Shown here piece by piece: positions 8,988 to 18,878 of a stretch of 64,000 nt of DNA. The position numbers and the translations under genes are program-made. How positions within the stretch are numbered: position 1 is the first letter of the stretch; the number at the start of each line of letters is the position of its first letter. Origin of the DNA: Torpedo marmorata. Its lineage: Eukaryota. The notes below the pieces were generated by a model. That model did not search any database and was not told the origin of the DNA. It was given only the letters and a program-made list of their open reading frames with translations. The stretch covers positions 14,446,001 to 14,510,000 of the forward strand of contig OZ360219.1 in NCBI GenBank assembly GCA_977017645.1, in the 5' to 3' direction.

Positions 8988-10612
8988 TGTTCTGCTGTCT
9001 TCTTGAACTCTTTCAAGCCTTCTGCTGATGGTGCTCCCAGAGAGCTGTTGGATAGTGATTCTAAGCTTTAGATTCAATAACAATGAAGGAAAAGAAAAAT
9101 ATATCCAAGTCAGGAGAGATGTGGGACCTGGAGAACCTGCAGATGATGGTATTTCAATGCACCTACACTTTGACCTTCCTGATGTGGAGGATGTAAGTTG
9201 GGTGATTTTACAGGTGAATGAGCAGGAGGTTCAGAAGGTGCTGCATACATTTAAAAAGCATCTAAAGAAAATTACCAAAGAAGAAATTGTAAAGATATAT
9301 GAAACTATTTTGTGCTTATTAGGTTTGTTCATGCTAGCTGCAACTGTGAGTGTCAAAGATTTTTATTGCTTGCCTGGTACCAGGTTTAAAAGTACTCTTC
9401 TCGGACTGGATCAAGTTGTCCTGGTTTATCAGAGAGCCAATAGCTGCATTAGGTCTAAGATGGATGTTCTGCAGAAGTAGCATAAGTTGTTAAATTCCAA
9501 ATGAAAAGCAAAACTACAAAGATAATAATTGCTGGATTATTACCTGAGCCACATGCAAATTGGTGGAAGGTAAATAAGATCAGAGAGTTCAGCGAGTGGT
9601 TCATTTATTGCTTTCAATTCATGGGACATTGGCATCCATGCCTACAGGGGAAAGAGGATGTGCTCTCATTGGGACAGGCTTCACGAGTTGGAACAAATGT
9701 CCTCACACATTGTACACTTAAAACTAAATATAGATAAAGCTTTAAAATAAATAGTTGGGGTGGGGATGAGTGCGTTCAGTGAAGGAAAAATGTAAAAAGT
9801 TAAGAGAAAGTAAAAGGCAAAAGTGCAGGGTGGCAAAGTAACTAATGACATTCAAACTGTTTCATCTAGGGAAGGTCATACAAACATTAGTACAACTGCA
9901 GTTGGTGCCAGAGTCGAGAAAATGGTAAACGGACAAAATATGAGCCTCTTCATTCGAATGCATACAGCATTCCTAACAATATAAATGAATTGATGGGAAA
10001 CTAGAAATAAATTGGAATGACTTGATAGCTCCAGCTAAAACATAGTCTCATAATGATGAAGGTTAGGAATTAAATAGACCAATATGCTTATCTATCACGA
10101 GATAGACAAAATGGAAAAGAAAGCAGAATAGCCCAGATAATAACCATTAGAATAACAATGGTAGATCTGAAGAGAAGTGTTATGACGTTGCCAAAAAGAG
10201 TTTAATTGGAATATTTTTTATATTCAACAAGGGAGGAGCAAAACATTAATAAGGATTAAGAAAGTAGAATATGAGACCATTCTAGCAAGAACCATAGAAA
10301 AAGACTGTAAGAGCTTTTGCAGATATGTAAAAAGGACCATTGTTAATGTGCATCCCTTGCAGTCTGAGACAGCAGTTATTATACTAGGGAATAAAGAAAT
10401 AAAAATGAGTTTATCAAATATTTTGTGCTTGGCTTTATATAAGACACAATAAACCTCAATATAATTGTGGAGAACAATAGGTCGAGAGTGATTGAGGAGC
10501 TGGAATAAAGTAGCATTAATTAAAATATATTGGATAGAGGAATAGGTCTGAGAGCCATAAAAAAACAGAACTTGGTAACTTTGGTCTCATGGATTTAAAA
10601 GAGGTAACTGTT

Positions 10613-11083
10613 CTTTTTCAATATTTTTATTAAGTTTTATAAGTAAATCGAACATAGGTAATAATAATAAAAATAAGTATCCAACAAAATAGATTTACTA
10701 TTACATATGGCTACAAATAACTTATGATACATTGAAAAAGATAAAAAAGAAAAAAAGACACAACATGTAAAAATTATACTAATAATCTAACCCCTCCCTT
10801 GTGAAGTTGTTGGTTGAACATATGTGTTACACGACTGTAAAAGGGAAAACAACCAAACCACAGAACGGGATCTAAATAATCTTATAAATTATGAAAATAA
10901 TTAAGAAAAGGACCCCATAAACTTACAAAGTTAAAGTTCATTTCAGTTGTACAACATCTATTTTTTTTTACAAAGTCAGGCATGCCATCACATCAGATAG
11001 CCATTGAGTATGAGTAGGAGGGACAGCATCTTTCCATCTCGCTAATATAGCTCTTCTAGCGATAAGGAGAGTAAAGAAAACTA
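10613..11083 (-). mobile_element. 5'-truncated L1-clade LINE, second family
   Basis: Minus strand encodes RWKDAVPPTHTQWLSDVMACL (L1 ORF2 C-terminus); A-rich tail at left; ~25-bp TSD CATGG..TTAAAAGAGGTAACTGTT (10588-10612, 11084-11108). Confidence 0.85.
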
Positions 11084-11643
11084 CATGGGATTAAAAGAGG
11101 TAACTGTTGAGATAATGGAAGCACTGCTTGACATCTTCCAAAATTGTACAGGAATGATTCTTACAGATTTAAAGAAAACAAAAGTAACCTCACTATTTAA
11201 GAAAGGAAGAAGAAAGAATACAGCAAATTACAGGGTGGAAGTAAACACGAAAATCTGTAGACACCGTGGTTGAAGTAAAAAACACAAATGCTGGAGAACT
11301 CAGCAGGTCAAACAGTGTATTTTATGTAGCAAAGGTAGAAATACATAACCGACGTTTTGGGCTTGAGCCCTTCATCAAAGTATGAGAAAATGCCGGCAGG
11401 CGTCCGAACAAAGGAGTGAGGGGGGAAGGGGGGGTGGCAAAGGCAGGAGATGATAGGTGGAGAAAGGAGGGAGGGGACAGCAGCAAAGAGGGGGAGGAGG
11501 GATGGCTAGGTGGGTGGAAAAAAACAGGAAGGACAGGTGAGGGGGGAGGGGAACGGAACAACAAGCAGGTTTAGTGGAAAGCAGAAAAGTCAATGTTAAT
11601 GCCATCTGGCTGGAGAGTGCCGAGACGGAATATGAGATGTTGT

Positions 11644-12793
11644 ATGGGTCCCAGCTATGCCTGCCTGTTTGTGGGCTTTGTGGAGCAATCCATGCTGCAA
11701 GCCTACACAGGCAAGACCCCTCATCTCTTCCTCCGGTATATCGACGACTACATCGGGGCTGCCTCATGCACCCACGATGAGCTTGTCAACTTCATCCACT
11801 TTGCATTCAACTTTCACCACGATCTCAAACTCACCTGGTCCATCTCCGATAACACTCTCCCCTTCCTGGATCTCTCTGTCTCCATCTCGGGAGACAAGCT
11901 TTCCACCGACATATACTACAAACCCTCCAACTCCCACAACTATCTGGACTACACATCCTCACACCCTGTTCCCTTTCAAGGACTCCATCCCCTTCTCTCA
12001 ATTTCTCCGCCTCCGCCGCATCTGTTCCCAAGATGAGGTGTTCCACTCCAGATCTTCTGAAATGTCTGCCTTTTTCCACAAACGTGGCTTCCCCTCCACC
12101 ACCATCAACTCAGCCCTCACCCGCATCTCCTCCATTTCCCGCTCATCTGCCCTGGCCCCCTCTGCCCCCAGACGCAACAAACATAGAATACCCCTCAACC
12201 TCACCTACCACCCCACCAGCCTCCGCATCCAACACATTATCCGCCGGAATTTCCGGCACTTGCTGCAGGATCCCACCACCAGACACATTTTTCCTTCTCC
12301 TCCCCTCTCGGCCTTCCGTAGGGACCGCTCCCTCCGCGATTCACTCGTGCACTCGTCCCTCCCCACCCATCGCACCCCCGGAACCTTCCCCTGTGCCCGC
12401 AGGAGGTGCAACACCTGCGCCCACACCTCCCCCCTCACCACGGTCCAGGGCCCCAAACAGGCCTTCCAAGTGAAACTACACTTCACTTGTACATCCAGAG
12501 GACTTATTTACTGCATCCGGTGCTCCTTTTGTGGCTTTCTATACATTGGAGAGACCGGTCGTAGATTGGGAGACCGCTTTGCTGAGCACCTCCTCTCCGT
12601 CCGCAACAACAGCGACCTCCCAGTAGCTAACCATTTCAATTCTGGGTCACACTCCCACACTCACATGTCTGTCCATGGCCTCATGTACTATCCCACCCAG
12701 ACTACCCACAAATTGGAGGAACAACATCTCATATTCCGTCTCGGCACTCTCCAGCCAGATGGCATTAACATTGACTTTTCTACTTTCCACTAA
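11644..12793 (+). pseudogene. Penelope RT + GIY-YIG endonuclease, 5'-truncated, one frameshift near 11970
   Basis: MGPSYACLF, RYIDD and LPFLD in one frame; SQFLRLRRICS and GLIYCIRC..LYIGETGR in the next. Confidence 0.9.
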
Positions 12794-12989
12794 ACCTGCT
12801 TGTTGTTCCCTTCCCCTCCCCCCTCACCAGTCCTTCCTGTTTTTTTCCACCCACCCAGCCATCCATCCCTCCTCCCCCTCTTTGCTGCTGTCCCCTCCCT
12901 CCTTTCTCCACCTATCATCTCCTGCCTTTGCCACCCCCCCTTCCCCCCTCACTCCTTTGTTCGGACGCCTGCCGGCATTTTCTCATACT

Positions 12990-13017
12990 TTGATGAAGGG
13001 CTCAAGCCTGAAACGTC
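12990..13017 (+). ncRNA. Candidate minimal hammerhead-ribozyme-like motif in the Penelope terminal repeat
   Basis: TTGATGA-[AGGGC TCAA GCCT]-GAAACGTC resembles CUGANGA / stem II / GAAA with a C-to-U change at the first core base; activity not shown. Confidence 0.5.
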
Positions 13018-13105
13018 GGTAATGTATTTCTACCTTTGCTACATAAAAGACACTGTTTGACCTGCTGAGTTTCTCCAGCATTTGTGTTTTTTATTTAAAT
13101 TACAG

Positions 13106-13356
13106 GGTGGCATGGTTAGCATAGCGGTTAGCGCGACGCTGTTACAGCGGCAGTGATCGGGACCGGGGTTCGAATCTCGCGCTATCCGTAAGGAGTTTGT
13201 ATGTCCTCCCCGTGTCTGCGTGGGATTTCCCCGCGGGCACCGGTTTACTCCCACCCTTCAAAACGTACCGGGTGGTGTAGGTTAATTGGGTGTAATTGGG
13301 CGGCACGGGCTCGTGGGCCGAAAGGGCCTGTTTCCGTGCTGTATATCTAAAAAAAA
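13106..13356 (+). mobile_element. tRNA-derived V-SINE (HE1-like) with CR1-type tail
   Basis: Pol III A-box-like start and B-box GGTTCGAATC; central domain GTTTGTATGTCCTCCCCGTGTCTGCGTGGG; tail GGGCCGAAAGGGCCTGTTTCCGTGCTGTA then A-run; flanks AAATTACAG and AAAGTACAG. Confidence 0.88.
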
Positions 13357-13724
13357 GTACAGACCAGTCAGCCTGACATCAGCAGTAGGGAAAATGCTGG
13401 GATCTTTTATTCAGAAATGAACAGAGCCAAAATGGACTCATAAAAGGGAAATCAATTTTGACAATTGGAGTGGATCTTGTGACGCTGTAACTATTTAGGG
13501 TGGGGAATGGATACACTGGTCTATTTAAGCTTTTTGAAGGTGTTCAATAAACAGGTTTAGAGCACATGGGATCTGCGGATAATATTGGCATGGATTGACT
13601 ATTGGTTAAGGGACATTAATGGGTTATTTTCAGAGCACTGCAGAGATCAATGCAGGGATCTAGGTGTTCATAACATATAGCCATTAATGTGGGGGAGGGA
13701 CCAGTTATAATATATATCCATACT

Positions 13725-13955
13725 CCACTACCACCTTCTCTCTCCTTTCACAAGCCAAGTTTGTGTTCAATTGGTTAGCTTATCCTGGATCCCCTGTGAT
13801 CTAACCTTCCGGACCTTGTCAATGACCTTGCTAAACTCTATGTAGACAATGTCTACCGCTTTGCCCTCATCAATCCTCTCAGTAACTTCTTCAAAAAACT
13901 CATTCAAATTCACGAGACACAATTTCCCATGCACAAAGCCATGATGACTCATAAT
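13725..13955 (-). mobile_element. CR1 RT fragment
   Basis: SHHGFVHGKLCLVNLNEFFEEVT..GKAVDIVY peptide. Confidence 0.75.
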
Positions 13956-14728
13956 AGGATTTAATTATATATTTCCAGACTAATTTTTTTAACATTCAAA
14001 ATTTGTTGAGTAGTGCCAAGAATGGGGTAGAAGAAGGTAAAGTTACATAATTCATAAAATGATGGAAAAATAACAATGCAGAAGGAGCTCATTGTGACTG
14101 TGCCAGTTGAAAATTAGCAACTCAATCCTATCCCACTTGCCAGCATTGCATCTTTATCCCTCAGGTGAGAGCTCTCTAAGTGTATATCAAGTACCTATCA
14201 AATGTGGAGATGCTTTTTGTCTTCCACCCTTTCAGGCAGTTTCATAAAACAATATATTCAAACCTGTCCTCTAATCCTTCTACCAATTACCTTAAATCTG
14301 TGCTTCTTTGTTCTCGACCTCTCTCCCAAGAGAAAATGGTTCTTCCAGTTTAATCTCTCTGCCTCCCTCATTATTTTATCTATTCTAATTAAGTCTCCAC
14401 TCAGCCTACGTGGTATGATAAAATGCCCTCAATTTATTCAAACATTCCTCTTGACTACAATTTTTCAGTCCTTGTAACATCCTCGTTCATCATCCTCATG
14501 CACAACTGATGCTCCATCTGAGAGTGAGATGAAGTGGAAAAGAGTTTCGATGCACAGCACATGACCTCTGTTGCATGTTAAAAGGCTGGCTGATTTTTCA
14601 AGACCTGAATGAGCACTGTTGCTGCCACACTGGCAGTGAGATCCATGCACTGTTTTTTATATTTTGTGTCTTGGTTCATTTCTGCCCCATTTCTTTTAGC
14701 CCCAGTGTATCATCACCTCCATTGTTAC

Positions 14729-15634
14729 TGTTATGGACCATGACTGACCATTTGGACTGCGGACGGTCAGCAGGAAGGATGAAGTCTTTTGGAGTATACA
14801 CTGGGGCCAGGTACTGAAAGAGTTAACTTCCCCAGCTACTTGGTGTACCCAGATAAGATACATTGTTGCACTCTTGGTGTACCCAGACAGAGAGAGACCA
14901 GAGAGAGAGAGAGACAGACTGGACAAGATACATTTGTTTCACTTTTGCAAAAGCAGGTGCAGATCTCTGCAGGAAAAGCAGACAGTCAGTTGTGAGTTGC
15001 AAAGGCTACCGAACACAGCCAGATCCAGGCTTGTGTACAGTCAGAGAAAATCTGGCAAAATAGCACATGGCCTCCTGTCTCAGAGAAATTCTGAGAAAAA
15101 GCAACTTCTGTGGAGAACAGGCGTGAGATCAGCGAGACTAGCTGTGAGATTCAAGCACACGCCTAAATCAGTGGTAGACTGATCTGGAACTTGCAATCCT
15201 TATGAACCTACAAGAAGGGGACGTCATCAGAGAAGAAAACAAGTATTTGTAAGCATAAACAGTCATTGTCTCTCTCCAACGTTCATTCAGAAGTACTTCT
15301 ACCAGACACAGCTGAATTGAAGCCTGAACTTAGAGAGTGAATCTTGTGGACTGAATTATTCTTTTGTTTTTTTGACTGACTTGTTTTTTATGACTGACCT
15401 GGGGTTTTTGGGGAAAGTTTTTCCAATTTTACATAAGGGTTGGGCACAGACTGTAATGGTCTGGGCTTTACACACACACACATACACCTTTTAGATAAGA
15501 ATAGAGTTTATAGACATTTATAGTGGGGTTAATTGTTGTGAAATTATATGTTTACTTGTGTTTAATAAATAGTAATTACAATTTTACCCCTTTTGCATTG
15601 CGTCTTCTGTCGTTGCTGGTTTGATTTTGTAACA
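14729..15634 (+). mobile_element. Solo LTR related to the Gmr1-type element at 32696-38691
   Basis: TGTTA..TAACA termini; 4-bp TSD TTAC (14725-14728, 15635-15638); collinear with the reverse complement of 32696-33598. Confidence 0.93.
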
Positions 15635-15859
15635 TTACTAGTTCATTGGAGGCATTTATAAGCAAATTAGTCTGTATTAACACAATGCATTAATGTGGCT
15701 GCAGGAAGTAAAGAATCAGAAGATAAACTAGCAAGATTACTCCAACCATGTCATTCTGTGATTTATGTCTTTCCTTTGATTCTGCATCACATCATTTGAG
15801 TCGAGTTTATGTCACAGTAATTCTGCAACAGCATTTTATAAGCTATGCAGGTATATTTT

Positions 15860-16200
15860 ATATAAAAAAAACAATTAAATTTGTGAGACATGATTTCCTA
15901 TGCATAAACCCATGCTTTCCCAAATGCAGATTGATCCTGTCTTTCAGAAACCCCTCCAGGAATTTTTCCACCACTGATGTTAGACTCACCAGTTTACAGT
16001 TCCCTGACTTGTCCTTGCAGCCTTTCTTAAATGAAAGAACATTAGGCACGCTCCAGTCTTCCAGCATCTTACCTATGGCTAAAGAAAATACAAAAATCTC
16101 TGCTGGAGCCTTTGCAATTTCTTCTCTTGCTCCTATCAACATTCTATGATGCCTTTGGTCATGCTGGGATACAGACCAAGAAATTCCACTCATGGAAATA
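15860..16200 (-). mobile_element. CR1 RT fragment, degenerate
   Basis: EDWSVPNV..FKKGCKDKSGN..VSLTSVV..HGF..CLTNL peptide. Confidence 0.7.
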
Positions 16201-16540
16201 TTATCAAAACCCCTAATCTCTAAATGCTTTCAGATACTTTGCGTGCATCCAGCTCACTACCAGATGTTGATTTCAAGTCATCAGTGCATGTGGTCAGAAG
16301 CCATTGGGTAGAGGCAACAACTTTGATGGGTCCTCATTGTCAGTTCTGATAAAGGGTCTCTGAACTGAAACATTGATTCTGTTTCTCTTCTCACAGATGC
16401 AGCTTGGCCTGCTGAGAATTTCCAACATTTTCTGTTTTTGTCCAAGGCAAAAAAGGCTTTAAAGTATCATCATTCATTCAGGTGCCTTGCCGTTCGGTGA
16501 GGGCAATCATGTCTCTCCATCCGTCACGATCTCTAACCCT

Positions 16541-16774
16541 TGTGGGGGAACGCGGTACTGCGGGCATGTCTGGGCATGTCCTCACTGGCTCACTGGGCTA
16601 ACCTGTAGCCCCTCCCCATTACATCCCCTAATAAAGGCAGAGAGCCCTAGCCTCCTCCCCTATACCTGCCTTGGACGTGAGCCAGCAGCATGTTGAGGCA
16701 TGCTCAAACTTCCTGATCAATAAAGCCTTTGATCACTTTCTTCGTGTCTGCGAGTGGTCATTGATCGCGCTACA
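16541..16774 (+). repeat. Inferred 5' LTR, 234 bp
   Basis: TGTGG..CTACA; TATA-like TAATAAAG and a later AATAAA; similar size and same position relative to the gag ATG as in the intact element; no partner LTR to confirm. Confidence 0.75.
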
Positions 16775-18878
16775 ATTTATTGATCAGAATTTTAAGTGCC
16801 ATGGAGAAGGCAAATAGACTGGAGAAGCTGGAAACCGACCCCAAGGAACCAGAGGCCTCCGTAAAGTTCGATATGTGGCTACACTGCTTGAAGGCCTATC
16901 TGAGGCGCCACGATATCACAACCGACCCGGATAAGTACGATCTGCTCTTCGCAGCGGTGGGCCACAGAGCGTACCAAATTATCCGAGACTGCACTGAATA
17001 TGAAGAGGCAATGGCTCTACTTCGACAACAATACGGAGCCCCGGCGAACGCCATGTATGCACGCTTCCAGCTGGGCTCCCGATGACAGGGTCCTGGTGAG
17101 TCGGTAGATGAGTTTGTGAGGGCCATGTGGGAGCTGGGACGAGCCTGCGGGTGCCGGGACGTGAGCGCGGCGCTCTACCAAGAGTAGCTCATCCACGATG
17201 GGCTCATCGCGGGCTTCCGCTCGCAGCACATAAGGGAGAGACTCCTGGAGGAAGGAGATCGGTCCCTCCAGGTAGTGGTGCAGATGGCCCGAGCGATGGA
17301 GACAGCCCAAAAGAACGCAGAGGCATACTCAGCGGGCCACGCGGCCACCAGGTGGGGAGTACGGGTGACGCCATCTTGGGACTCGGGGCCCCTGACTGCA
17401 GCGGCCACTGCCGACCAGGCGAGGTGCAACTACTGCGGCCAAAGTAGACACCCACGGAAGTACTGTCCGGCCCGTAGCGCAATCTGCTCAAACTGCCAGA
17501 GGAAGGGACATTATGCCAGGGTTTGTCGCTCCAAGCCCCACTCCAGCAGTGCCGCGTGTGGACCGCGACTCTCTTCACCATCTTGGACCCACCCGCTTCC
17601 GTCGTCATTTCCGGCTGCCGAAAACCGAGCTTCCAGAACAGGAGCGCAACAAAGAGGACTGACGACACTTCCTGCTTCTTCTCCGGACTTGACCGCATGT
17701 GATCCATGGGGGCGGCCATCTTTACGACCTCTCGGAGAGTCATCTTGGCGGCAGCCGCCCCAAAACAGCAGCAGCGACTCGGACAGTGAGCTGACGCTTG
17801 GCGTCCATCGTGCTGGACCAAGGGAGACCACACCAGCTGGGGCAATCGATGATGGACGTTGAGGTAAACGGTCACTCCACTGCTGCCTGTTCGACACGGG
17901 AAGCACTGAGAGCTTCATACACCCGGGCACTGCCGAGCGTTATTCCTTCACCGTGTCCCCAGCCAAGGAAAAGGTAGCACTAGCCTCCAAATCGCTCTCC
18001 GCGGAAATCCATGGAAACTGCACCGTGACCCTTACTATGGGGGGCACCAATTATAAGAATTTTAAACTGCTGGTAATGCCCCACCTCTGCGGACCGTCAT
18101 ATTGGGGCTAGATTTCCAGTGCCAGTTTAAAGGGGTGCTGATGCAGTTTGACGGGCCCCACCCCCCAGTCCCTGTCACTAATAACCAGTACCGGGAGGCC
18201 CCGCCTATTCCCCAGAGGAGGCCCAATCACACGATTGAAAGCTGGGCTGGGTACTCGACCTGCGGACTAACCACCCTCCGGGTCCCTCCACCCCCAATGT
18301 TCCAAAACCTCACCCCGGACTGTAAACCGATTGCTACTAAGAGCAGGCGATACAGCCCCGGGGACAGAAAATTCATTAAAATGGAGGTGGAGCGACCGCG
18401 GGAGGAGGGCATTATAGAGCCAAGCAATAGTCCCTGGAGGGCACAAGTGGTGGTGGTGAAGAGTGGGGAGAAACATCGGATGGTAATTGACTACAGTCAG
18501 ACCATCAACCGGTTCACCTCACTGGACGCCTACCCTTTGCCCTGCATCTCGGAGATGGTAAATGAGATCGCCAAGTACAGGGTCTTTTCGACCATAGACC
18601 TAAAAGCGGCGTACCACCAGATCCCGATTCGCCCAAAAGACCGGCTGTACACGGCATTTGAGGCCAACAGCCGACTCTACCATTTCCTGCAGGTCCCATT
18701 CGGTCTCACGAATGGGGTGTCAGTGTTCCAAAGGGAAATGGACCGAATGGTGGATGATAATAAGCTGAAGGCTACGTTTCCATACTTGGACAATGTCACC
18801 ATCTGCGGCCATGACCAAAAGGAGCACGACAAGATCCTGCAGACGATCATGTCCACCGCAAAGACACTCAACCTCACG

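Larger units (their letters stand above)
11239..13096 (+). mobile_element. Penelope-like element with an inverted copy of its 3' end at the 5' side
   Basis: 11281-11643 is the reverse complement of ~12721-13089; RT and GIY-YIG lie between; 14-bp TSD AAATTACAGGGTGG (11225-11238, 13097-13110). Confidence 0.93.
9350..13700 (+). mobile_element. Old degenerate CR1 LINE hosting three later insertions
   Basis: ORF1 esterase-like remnants (CLPGTR, IIAGLLPEP, FMGHW); ORF2 remnant VTSLFKKG..NY continues as RPVSLTS after 13358. Boundaries approximate. Confidence 0.7.

Noticed and set aside
9028-9480. 150-aa ORF
   Set aside because: Runs across decayed repeat sequence into CR1 ORF1 remnants; no coherent protein.
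13106-13190. tRNA-like sequence with A/B boxes
   Set aside because: It is the SINE head, continuous with the central domain and tail.
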